This document shows, one piece after another, positions 29,160 through 37,168 of a DNA stretch of 64,000 nt. The stretch is from the sequence record NC_061421.1. The stretch is one strand, 5' to 3'. Made by a program: the position numbers and the translations under genes. The notes under the pieces were generated by a model that searched no databases, had not been told where the DNA came from, and saw nothing but the letters and a program-made list of their open reading frames with translations. Each line of letters opens with the position of its first letter. Within the stretch, counting starts at the first letter, position 1.

Positions 29160-29633
29160 TTAAGCAAAAGCAAAACAAGGAGTGCCGTTAAGGGTGAATG
29201 TATTCTCAACGACAGTCCGAATGATTTTTTCATCCAGATCAGCGCGACACGTCGGTGACGTGATTCGACGTTTATTTAAGCCGTGAATTACCAGTCCCGG
29301 GTCGAGGTCGAATGAAAGATAATCGATCTTTTCTTTTTCATCCTCTAACCACCGGTATTCGTAGTCATATTTTCTCTCGTCGTACTTAACAGGGTGCCGA
29401 GAGGTAATTCTGAATGTCCTCCCAGTGAAGCCATCCTGAAAGGCGTTGTAGAGCTTAAAGATTTCCGTTCTGGCTGTTTCAAGACTGGTCGACTTGTAGT
29501 TGTTGGGGTTAAGGTCAGCTAATAGACGACCGTCTGCTGCGATGATGATGTGACCTTTGTGGATAGTGATTATTTTACCGTCGTCGGTCCGTTGCTGCAG
29601 ACCGCCACATCCTGTTAATTCAAATGTAATCAC
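29160..29633 (-). CDS. hypothetical protein
   Basis: 157 aa. Confidence 0.7.
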   Translation of the reverse strand: MITFELTGCGGLQQRTDDGKIITIHKGHIIIAADGRLLADLNPNNYKSTSLETARTEIFKLYNAFQDGFTGRTFRITSRHPVKYDERKYDYEYRWLEDEKEKIDYLSFDLDPGLVIHGLNKRRITSPTCRADLDEKIIRTVVENTFTLNGTPCFAFA

Positions 29634-30138
29634 TTAATAACCCTCTAATAAGCTTGAATGGTTCTGGTTGATATCCAACTCCCTCGATTACGTCTGAGGG
29701 ACTGAGGAGGTAAAATTTATTTACTTCGTCTTCTTGCCAGAGAATATGGTCACGATAATCTAATAAACCATCCGGATAGAGTACGTCGTAATACTTCTCC
29801 CCAACCTTCAGTAAAGAGTGGGCAAAGTTCAATTCAGTCGGCAGGTTACTGTCGTAATAAACCTCTTGGAAATAAAATAAACATACCTCAGGGGAATCGG
29901 TACAAAGCTCGACTCCTAGATCAGTAACAGCCAGACAACACCCAGAATAAACTTCACCACAACCTTGATCGACCGAGGCATAGATCCAGATCGCGAAGTC
30001 GTCATCCGTGCGAAACGAAAGTTCTTCAGCACGCCTTCTCATCCAATCGGCAGTGAACTCATCGACATCTAAACTGTTTACCAAGAAAAAGTCTTTGTAG
30101 ACTTTTCGCACTAAGTGTAAATACTCTGATACGGTCAT
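29620..30138 (-). CDS. putative papain/transglutaminase-like (Cys-His-Asp) protein
   Basis: 172 aa; DQGCGEVYS...HSLLKVGEKYYDVLYPDG; parallels 61330..61827. Confidence 0.55.
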   Translation of the reverse strand: MTVSEYLHLVRKVYKDFFLVNSLDVDEFTADWMRRRAEELSFRTDDDFAIWIYASVDQGCGEVYSGCCLAVTDLGVELCTDSPEVCLFYFQEVYYDSNLPTELNFAHSLLKVGEKYYDVLYPDGLLDYRDHILWQEDEVNKFYLLSPSDVIEGVGYQPEPFKLIRGLLSDYI

Positions 30139-30139
30139 G

Positions 30140-30481
30140 TTATTCTATTCTGTCAGTATAATTACCATACCACCATCCGTCAGGGGCAAGAGTGGGTATC
30201 ACTCGACTTCCGCCTTCTGTTGGAATCCAGTCCAGATTGAAGACCAGCTTAGAGGGCCAAGACGCTTCGTTAGCCCGTACCTTTCTTCCGACCGGTTCTT
30301 CTAATGGGTAAAAACGAAATCGAAACATCTCTTTATTTTCTAGTTTTTCAATCACCACCTTTGCATCTGCCCAGCGCTTTCCTTTTCGAATCGCCCGTGA
30401 AAAGGTCGCCGTAATTACTTTACCCTTGCGACGAAATTTCACACAGGGTGTGGTTTTAATTATGCTAATAGGTAATGCCAT
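30140..30481 (-). CDS. hypothetical basic protein
   Basis: 113 aa, AAGGAG RBS. Confidence 0.75.
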   Translation of the reverse strand: MALPISIIKTTPCVKFRRKGKVITATFSRAIRKGKRWADAKVVIEKLENKEMFRFRFYPLEEPVGRKVRANEASWPSKLVFNLDWIPTEGGSRVIPTLAPDGWWYGNYTDRIE

Positions 30482-30510
30482 TAGAAAATCTCTCCTTAAA
30501 AATTATAGAA

Positions 30511-30538
30511 CCTCTAGAGACGCGTCCGTCTCTAGAGG
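30511..30538. terminator. hairpin/terminator
   Basis: CCTCTAGAGACG/CGTCTCTAGAGG 12-bp stem. Confidence 0.65.
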
Positions 30539-30550
30539 GGAGTATTTTAT

Positions 30551-31231
30551 TCAGCGATGTGAATGGTTATCCGCAATAGTTATTGGCAGTTGATTTTGGA
30601 ACGCGTATAGCGTGACTTCCTGCTTATAAGCTTTGCGATGATTTGAAACGACGGTGTTGACGTATTGCTTGAATCCGGCAACTGTGCGGGGTTTACCTTT
30701 TTCAGTGTAGAAGAATGCGCGATTACCTGCTGCACCTCCTGCCACCCTTACCGCTAACCGATCGTTTCTTGCCTTCAGTATTTTCACTGCACCGCCGGGT
30801 CCTAACAGATGGGCCATGTAGATTTCATTGATCCCGACCTGACGTTGCAGTGAACGCTCTAAAAACTCTTTGTTCTCCTTCATGTACGCAACAGCCATCA
30901 AGGTATTTGCGCGCGGATTTTTAACACTGGTTCCGGGTTTAACCCCGTATTCTTTACCGTACTTCTTAACCGTGGTACGCCACGTTCGATCCGTGAATCC
31001 GAATAACCCCTTTGCTGAACTTCGTTTATTTTTCATACCCGCGCCCATTGTACTTTCAATGGATGCCATGGTAACCAGATCAATCATTTTAACATCGGTT
31101 TTTTGAGAGACTCGATATAAGGTATCGCTATGCTTTGCAAAGCCTACGCTATTGGTCGAGACAGATGCGGTTGCTGAGGTAGCGAAAACGCTAACGACGC
31201 AAAGGACAAGCGCCCAGAAATAGTTTGGCAT
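30551..31231 (-). CDS. signal-peptide-bearing lytic transglycosylase (SLT/GH23-like)
   Basis: 226 aa; N-terminal signal peptide; catalytic Glu in MASIEST, SSAKGLFGF..TW, YMAHLLGPGGA. Confidence 0.85.
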   Translation of the reverse strand: MPNYFWALVLCVVSVFATSATASVSTNSVGFAKHSDTLYRVSQKTDVKMIDLVTMASIESTMGAGMKNKRSSAKGLFGFTDRTWRTTVKKYGKEYGVKPGTSVKNPRANTLMAVAYMKENKEFLERSLQRQVGINEIYMAHLLGPGGAVKILKARNDRLAVRVAGGAAGNRAFFYTEKGKPRTVAGFKQYVNTVVSNHRKAYKQEVTLYAFQNQLPITIADNHSHR

Positions 31232-31325
31232 TTCTAAAGTTTCCTATTCAAATCAAAAGAAAGCCAGGGTGAACAAGTTACGTATCTCAACGTAACCCTT
31301 CAAGCCCTGACTATAGGAAAGCGTC

Positions 31326-31976
31326 TTAATGGACGTTTCCGGCCCGCTCTTTCATCAGCGGGAATTCCAAATTGGTTCTGAAATTAGTGATCTCGTGATC
31401 AAAGAAACTCACGTAAACTCGCTGAGTATCGACGAGATTCCCGACCACGAAGCGGTAGCTCCCGAGACGAATATGTTCCGCCACAATACTGAATGCGTAG
31501 AGGAGTTCACTCGGGTTAAACGGCGTACTGTTACTGCTCACTACATTGAACGGGTTTTCCCCTGCTATTTCTGTCGCCACGAAGATCTTACTGTCGCCTT
31601 GGTGCCACCACGCATATTTCCCGATACCGTCTTTTACCGTGAGTAGTACAGCGGGATTCTCAGGACGGCTGAGGTCAATGGCGATCTGTTCTACTGACGG
31701 AAAGGTTGCGCAGAGTTCAAAGAGATACCAGAACAGGTCTTTGTGACCTTCTCCAACCGCCTCGTTTAACTGTTCAATGCTCGTTGCTGAACCGTACTGA
31801 CCGATAACACTACTGAATACCGCAGGTTCTTCAGTTAAGTTTGCACCGGGGTGTGCGACGCCTTCAAAGACCTGTTCTTCGCTAGGACTGACCGGCACCG
31901 TTAGGGAGAGAAGGTTAGTAGACTTATCGTGGGTAAACGTCCCTGTCTGATAAATACGAATGTCAGGTTTGCTCAT
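31326..31976 (-). CDS. hypothetical protein
   Basis: 216 aa. Confidence 0.75.
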   Translation of the reverse strand: MSKPDIRIYQTGTFTHDKSTNLLSLTVPVSPSEEQVFEGVAHPGANLTEEPAVFSSVIGQYGSATSIEQLNEAVGEGHKDLFWYLFELCATFPSVEQIAIDLSRPENPAVLLTVKDGIGKYAWWHQGDSKIFVATEIAGENPFNVVSSNSTPFNPSELLYAFSIVAEHIRLGSYRFVVGNLVDTQRVYVSFFDHEITNFRTNLEFPLMKERAGNVH

Positions 31977-32044
31977 GGGTATTTGTTCTCACTCAGTAAA
32001 GAAAAAGGAGGTACAAAGGAAGAAGGCTTATCGTTAAATTCAAA

Positions 32045-32152
32045 AATAAACGTCAAGGTCAACGACTTCACCGCTCTACTCTTTAGGAGTAGAGCTCTAA
32101 GGATGGGGACGTAGCCCCTAATACGCACAGGCTTCGCCGTGCGAACTTCAAC
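32045..32152 (-). ncRNA. candidate structured small RNA (three to four hairpins)
   Basis: intergenic; TATG at 32152-32155, hairpins at 32124-32143, 32105-32118 and 32073-32095, then a U-rich tract. Confidence 0.4.
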
Positions 32153-32185
32153 ATAATTAAGTTTAATAATTTAAAAAATGAAAAA

Positions 32186-32596
32186 TCACTTTTCGTAAAG
32201 AGCAATTACCTTAAGAATCTCACTAACCATTGAGGTAGGTAATTTAAAGTCGTTGTTAACCATTTTTTCTTTGAACACGCGAATGTCCTTATTCCCACGA
32301 TCGACAATCAGCCCGAAATGTCCGTTCAACCATTCCAGTTTGGGATTTTTGAGCAGTCGTTTCAGTAAGCGCTGTTCTGGTTCATTAAGTTCAGAAAAGG
32401 TCTTCCGTGGTTTAGTACGAATAAAGAGAGGGCGGCGACTTGGATCAGAAAGGTAATCGTTTAGAAAGTCGAATAGTTCACTTTCCGATAAATAACTTTC
32501 TTCATGGCGATACTGGATAATTTCATCGACACGTACAGGTCTTAACCCAAATGACCGTAGAAACATTCGCGCAACATCGTAATGACGTACTGACAT
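32186..32596 (-). CDS. hypothetical protein
   Basis: 136 aa, AGGAG RBS, TATATCAC promoter upstream. Confidence 0.8.
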   Translation of the reverse strand: MSVRHYDVARMFLRSFGLRPVRVDEIIQYRHEESYLSESELFDFLNDYLSDPSRRPLFIRTKPRKTFSELNEPEQRLLKRLLKNPKLEWLNGHFGLIVDRGNKDIRVFKEKMVNNDFKLPTSMVSEILKVIALYEK

Positions 32597-32631
32597 TATT
32601 TTCTCCTGTTTAGTGAGGGTTATTCATTAGG

Positions 32632-32639
32632 GTGATATA
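32632..32639 (-). promoter_or_regulatory. putative early promoter TATATCAC
   Basis: motif 36 nt upstream of the 32596 start. Confidence 0.65.
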
Positions 32640-32660
32640 GTTCTCTAAACTATTCGAAAC

Positions 32661-32693
32661 AAAAAAAAGAAGGAGGAAACCCTCCTTCTTTTT
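32661..32693. terminator. intrinsic terminator
   Basis: AAAAAAAAGAAGGAGG-AAAC-CCTCCTTCTTTTT. Confidence 0.8.
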
Positions 32694-33057
32694 ACACAAT
32701 GGGTAAACAAGACAAGAGTCGCTCTGTCACCACTAACGGTGACTTGCGTTTCTTTTCTACTTCTCTACCCAACAAAGCCCGTAATTTGATAGCCTGAACC
32801 CGAGTGAGTTCCCAGACAATTTCATTTCGGGTAATACATTTCCAGAACCCCCAAAAGGAATTCGTGGAAACGTATATGATCTCCTCCTGAGACGCTCTCA
32901 AACGTTCTGAAAGCGTCGGTAAGTCCAAGGTCAATAAATGACCCTCATTACCGCCAACGTCGCCTAAACGCGTATTGAGGGCGTTATATAACGCCCTCAT
33001 TTCTCTTGGCTCAATAATCAGGTCGCGGTAAGCAAATACCTGATAATCACTTAGCAT
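32692..33057 (-). CDS. hypothetical protein, tandem paralog of 33047..33412
   Basis: 121 aa; LYNAL, W.L.R.QA..L and LVVT shared with neighbour. Confidence 0.75.
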   Translation of the reverse strand: MLSDYQVFAYRDLIIEPREMRALYNALNTRLGDVGGNEGHLLTLDLPTLSERLRASQEEIIYVSTNSFWGFWKCITRNEIVWELTRVQAIKLRALLGREVEKKRKSPLVVTERLLSCLPIV

Positions 33058-33412
33058 TTTTGTTCACCGCCATTAAAGGGATTTGTAAGTAGCGCACTTG
33101 GTCGAAGGTCATCACCAGACGTTTGCTGGATTTCTTCGACAGAAAAGCTTCCAATTTTAAGTGCAACCGGAAAGCCTGACTACGACGGATTTGCCAGTAG
33201 CTTTTGTTCCCTAACCAGATGGCCAGTAGACCGTCGTCAACGTTATAAACCCGCATGAGAATATCTTCCCCGCGGTTAGTGCGAATATCTTCACCCAGTG
33301 CGTTATAGAGCTTTTTAGCGTAATAGCGGTTTAATACTAATACCGGCGCAGGGGCGTTTTCTACCGGGCGATTGTCTTCCCATTCTTTGGCAACACGCTG
33401 AGTCATGTTCAT
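33047..33412 (-). CDS. hypothetical protein, tandem paralog of 32692..33057
   Basis: 121 aa; LYNAL, WQIRRSQAFRL, LVMT. Confidence 0.75.
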   Translation of the reverse strand: MNMTQRVAKEWEDNRPVENAPAPVLVLNRYYAKKLYNALGEDIRTNRGEDILMRVYNVDDGLLAIWLGNKSYWQIRRSQAFRLHLKLEAFLSKKSSKRLVMTFDQVRYLQIPLMAVNKNAK

Positions 33413-33457
33413 GTTTTGATTCCTTACGTTAGAATTGGTTTAGGTGAAGGTAAGTGA

Positions 33458-33847
33458 TTATGCGGCAATTGCCATTTTAGCACGGATAGCAGAAGGCATA
33501 TCGTAAACGATTTCTTTTCCCGGCCGTAAAGCTTCTTGACGGGATGCTACTTCGACGCGTACTTTTCCGCGAATTTGAATACCGATGCCCAGTTCTGTTT
33601 TATAAAACTCGATATCCTGATACTTATCGTTAGAGGCTTCAATGGCGTTCAGCAGCAACCATTTGATCTCGCCTTTACGGTTAAAGGAAAGATCCTGCAG
33701 CTGGGAATACAGAGGAAGATATTCGGTTTCCAGCAGCGTTTGTGCCGGAGTATCAACGAACTCAGTTTCGTGATAAAGTGCCCGCAAGAAGCCAGCGATA
33801 CGTGCAGCAGTGATTGCGAGGGTTTGTTTTTCATTGAAAGTGATCAT
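33458..33847 (-). CDS. hypothetical protein
   Basis: 129 aa, GGAG RBS. Confidence 0.75.
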   Translation of the reverse strand: MITFNEKQTLAITAARIAGFLRALYHETEFVDTPAQTLLETEYLPLYSQLQDLSFNRKGEIKWLLLNAIEASNDKYQDIEFYKTELGIGIQIRGKVRVEVASRQEALRPGKEIVYDMPSAIRAKMAIAA

Positions 33848-33887
33848 GTTAAATACTCCGGTAGAATGATTGAGGTGGAATGAAACC

Positions 33888-34208
33888 TTAGGAAATGTTT
33901 TTAACTAACCGCTTGAAGACGGCCGCGTTGGTAGTGAAGCAAACGATATTTACGGGTTCGACGTAACGATTGGTCAACGTGAAGATATAGTCGTCGTATG
34001 AGCGCAGTATTTTCAACGATGCTTCGTAGACGTCATGGTTCACCGTACGAACTAATACAACGGTGTTGTAAGTGTCACCAGGATTTTGAAGACGATCGCC
34101 CAACGAGTTGGCGTCATTGTGGGAAAAGATCAGCTCGATGGTGCGGACGTCGTTTGATTCAATGTCTTTGTCGAGAAAGACCACGGAGTTCATTTTTGAA
34201 AAACGCAT
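33888..34208 (-). CDS. hypothetical protein
   Basis: 106 aa, AGGA RBS. Confidence 0.75.
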   Translation of the reverse strand: MRFSKMNSVVFLDKDIESNDVRTIELIFSHNDANSLGDRLQNPGDTYNTVVLVRTVNHDVYEASLKILRSYDDYIFTLTNRYVEPVNIVCFTTNAAVFKRLVKNIS

Positions 34209-34269
34209 GATTAATCCTAATTAATTGAAAACGGAAACAAAGCGAGTACGACCTTTACCCGCCCCGTAT

Positions 34270-34593
34270 TTAATTGGATTCGAAGGATGTCTCCGAAAGT
34301 GCAATAATTTCTTCCAATCCATCAAGGATCACTCCGGCCGCAATAAGGGTTAGCTCTTCCCCAGATGGTGTTAGGTCACGAACAGAACCCCGCGCTGTTG
34401 ATACAGAAATTAGCATCCTTCTCACTTTGGTATTCATTATAAACACTTCGGTTAACGGTAGGTTGTAGAACACCTCTGCGCGCTGAGACAACTGGTAAGC
34501 AATTTCATTCTGGGAAATTTCCGTGTTCTTTACAGTGTCAAACCATGCCAGAATATCTTTAGCTGTTTCTACGGTTGTTTTTAAGTCAGCCAT
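34270..34593 (-). CDS. hypothetical protein
   Basis: 107 aa, GAGG RBS, first gene behind the repeated promoter element. Confidence 0.75.
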   Translation of the reverse strand: MADLKTTVETAKDILAWFDTVKNTEISQNEIAYQLSQRAEVFYNLPLTEVFIMNTKVRRMLISVSTARGSVRDLTPSGEELTLIAAGVILDGLEEIIALSETSFESN

Positions 34594-34633
34594 TTTCTTT
34601 TCCTCTAAGTTTAGTTATTCAGAAAGGTCTTTC

Positions 34634-34685
34634 CTTTCCTATTTCACTGTAGCAATATATACATCAAACAAACTGCATTTCGATT
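34634..34685. repeat. 52-bp divergent-promoter repeat, copy 1 (51/52 identical to 56293..56344)
   Basis: CTTTCCTATTTCACTGTAGCAATATATACATCAAACAAACTGCATTTCGATT; contains TATATTGC on the minus strand; TATG just downstream on plus. Confidence 0.9.
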
Positions 34686-34727
34686 TTTAGAAGTTTGTAT
34701 GTTAACTGCCCTTTGAAGGAAACTATT

Positions 34728-35972
34728 GTGGAAATCAAAAACCTTTTTGACGACCGTTTTAAGAATGTCGTCTATGATACTCGCTTTGCCAGAGAAATTG
34801 CTGTTTTCACGAAGACCTTCGAGAACAAAGGTGACCATGCAAATTTCTTTGGTAGTGGATTACTCGGTACAGTACGTATCAGATGGACCAACACTGAGAC
34901 CAACGGCTTTTTCGACGATATCTTAAAAATAGACCCAGATGATCTCAAAGCCGATATCGACGAACTTGATTGCATTGATCCGTCCCATATCGTCACCACT
35001 GACGCGTTTAACTTGATGATTGTCTATTGCGTGCATCGCGTGATGACAACCGGTAAGTTATCCGCACCGCAACGAAAAGAAGTCGCCATCAATTTATTGA
35101 GAATTCTTCATTTCAAATTTATTTGCGGTATCATTACGCGTTATTTCCCCCACGGCACAGATGTTCAAATCGCCCTACGAACGTACGAAGCCATGACTAA
35201 CCGTTTTGATCTTAAGATCTACAAGACCTGGGGGAAGTTAATTACTGCCCGTGCCCAGTCAATTCTTGAGCCTAACGGTATCCACGCGAAAACTATCCAG
35301 ACTTTCGCTGATGACGACGCAGTCAAGTACATGTTGTCCGATATCCAAACACGTATCCGTACGGTAATTAAGACGTTAACTGCGCTTTATTACCAAGTCA
35401 GGGAAACAGACGGCCGCGTCATTTCGGTTTCTAATATGGTCGAAGTAGAAGGGACAATGGAGATCCGCGATATCAAACGCGCGTTCCCGAAATATCGTCG
35501 CTATCTCTTTGAACAAATGGTTGACCCGGCAAGTTTTATTCGGTTAGAGTTAGTTGATATCCTAACGAAAAACGCCCCGTCGCAGAAAAAAGCTCTGATT
35601 GCCACGCTGCAATATGTCAGTCTTCACGTTATCAACCCGGAAGCGGTTTTCAGCGGGAAAGAACCTAAACAGAGTAAAGAAGCGAAGAAACTGATTGAGT
35701 TCACGGACAGGACGTTAGAGTATACGTTTGATTTTATTCATGGTAAGGGAATTAACCCACGGAACCTGGCGGAGCTGATCGGTAGTATTAAAGCCGTTCT
35801 CAACGCTTCACGAAACAAAGAACCTGAGGTCATGTACTTACGTACAGAGGGTGACAAAATTGTCAGGGCTGCCACTGGGAAACGCGAACCTACCCCTGTT
35901 TCCGCAGAGAGAACGTCTTTCATTTTATACCTCATTCTACGGACGTTGACGATGTCCTACTACCAAAGTTAA
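34728..35972 (+). CDS. conserved putative virion structural protein
   Basis: GTG 34728 with AAGGA RBS (ORF track from TTG 34695); about 414 aa, helical; plus-strand gene with TATG upstream near the terminase block. Confidence 0.7.
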   Translation: MEIKNLFDDRFKNVVYDTRFAREIAVFTKTFENKGDHANFFGSGLLGTVRIRWTNTETNGFFDDILKIDPDDLKADIDELDCIDPSHIVTTDAFNLMIVYCVHRVMTTGKLSAPQRKEVAINLLRILHFKFICGIITRYFPHGTDVQIALRTYEAMTNRFDLKIYKTWGKLITARAQSILEPNGIHAKTIQTFADDDAVKYMLSDIQTRIRTVIKTLTALYYQVRETDGRVISVSNMVEVEGTMEIRDIKRAFPKYRRYLFEQMVDPASFIRLELVDILTKNAPSQKKALIATLQYVSLHVINPEAVFSGKEPKQSKEAKKLIEFTDRTLEYTFDFIHGKGINPRNLAELIGSIKAVLNASRNKEPEVMYLRTEGDKIVRAATGKREPTPVSAERTSFILYLILRTLTMSYYQS

Positions 35973-36009
35973 AACAAAAAAAAAAGAGAGGGCAAACGCC
36001 CTCTCTTTT
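35972..36009. terminator. bidirectional terminator, 38-nt exact repeat with 56932..56969
   Basis: AAAC(A10)GAGAGGGCAAACGCCCTCTCTTTT. Confidence 0.9.
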
Positions 36010-36018
36010 GTGCCTTAG

Positions 36019-37065
36019 TTAAAGGCCGATTTGTTTCGCTAAACGACAATAGCCGCGATAGAAGGCATCGATCAGAAGATTCTCCAACAGCGGAATACTG
36101 GGAATACTCTGACCAAAAACGTTATAGTTCCAGGTTACGTGTTTCCGGATAGCACAGGTATTTTCTGGCGTAGGGCCTTTGACCATATAAGCGATGTCCC
36201 CTACACTGGAGGTTAAAACCCAACGATCTTCGTCTTCGCGGTATTCTACATCAGTAATAAAACGGTCTGTTTTAAACTCCGCGTCGCTCAAAGGTCCGCC
36301 GATAATGTCCTCAATAGCGTGCCTCATGTATTTGTCAATCAACGGGATCTTTTGAATGTTCCCGTCGATATGGTACCCGAACCCCTTACCTAAAATGGTC
36401 CCAACGTAGAAACCTTCACAGCTGTCCTTGTCATTAGAGCGGTTGATCAACTTCAGTACCAGGTCAGATGTACTGTCGAAGAACAGCGCTACATTGGGGA
36501 GAAACTGATATTCCCCCCGGCGTTGACAGACAACCTTATGCGCCCATGCCAGCTCAAACTGAGAACGCATATACAAAATGAAATCAGCCCCGAGCTGTCG
36601 CTGCCACGTCCGGCCGTAAAAGTCCCCAACCCACGACGACTTATCGTCGGCCATAGTCCCTGAAGCAACAGGTCGACCGTTCATTAGCAGCGTACGTTGC
36701 ATGACATGAATTTTAAAGCGGCAGTTCAGCATAAAACGAACCCTGGCCTTTTCACCCATGTAATGTTGGAAGGCGTGTTGGATCGCAAGAAGGCTAAACG
36801 GTTTTTCATTTTCCTGAGTAAAATGGTAACGCACGGTGTCGCCATGTAGCGTAACAAACACGAGATGTTTCATCTCGAGCGTTGGGGTATTATCTAGCCG
36901 AATAAGAATATTTTCATTTTTATCGGTGAAGATATAACCGTGTTCATTTTTGTATGCGAAGACCGAATTGTTTTTATCAAGGGGCATTACCCCGTCGTAA
37001 TTAAAATTAGAATCGGTCTTTTTATCGTAAACGCTGGCGTAAACAAAAGTTTCAATAGTGGCCAT
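36019..37065 (-). CDS. hypothetical protein
   Basis: 348 aa, AAGGAGG RBS, TATATCAC promoter. Confidence 0.8.
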   Translation of the reverse strand: MATIETFVYASVYDKKTDSNFNYDGVMPLDKNNSVFAYKNEHGYIFTDKNENILIRLDNTPTLEMKHLVFVTLHGDTVRYHFTQENEKPFSLLAIQHAFQHYMGEKARVRFMLNCRFKIHVMQRTLLMNGRPVASGTMADDKSSWVGDFYGRTWQRQLGADFILYMRSQFELAWAHKVVCQRRGEYQFLPNVALFFDSTSDLVLKLINRSNDKDSCEGFYVGTILGKGFGYHIDGNIQKIPLIDKYMRHAIEDIIGGPLSDAEFKTDRFITDVEYREDEDRWVLTSSVGDIAYMVKGPTPENTCAIRKHVTWNYNVFGQSIPSIPLLENLLIDAFYRGYCRLAKQIGL

Positions 37066-37142
37066 GTTGATCCTCCTTAAGGGTTAGAGAATAAGAGGAA
37101 TGTCAGCAATAACGCCGACATTCCGTATCGATGTTCAATAGG

Positions 37143-37150
37143 GTGATATA
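37143..37150 (-). promoter_or_regulatory. putative early promoter TATATCAC
   Basis: motif 78 nt upstream of the 37065 start. Confidence 0.65.
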
Positions 37151-37168
37151 TACACCACTATCTTTTGA

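Noticed and set aside
32045-32152. Possible tRNA
   Set aside because: No acceptor stem, no TTCG T-loop in proper context, no CCA; kept only as a generic ncRNA candidate.
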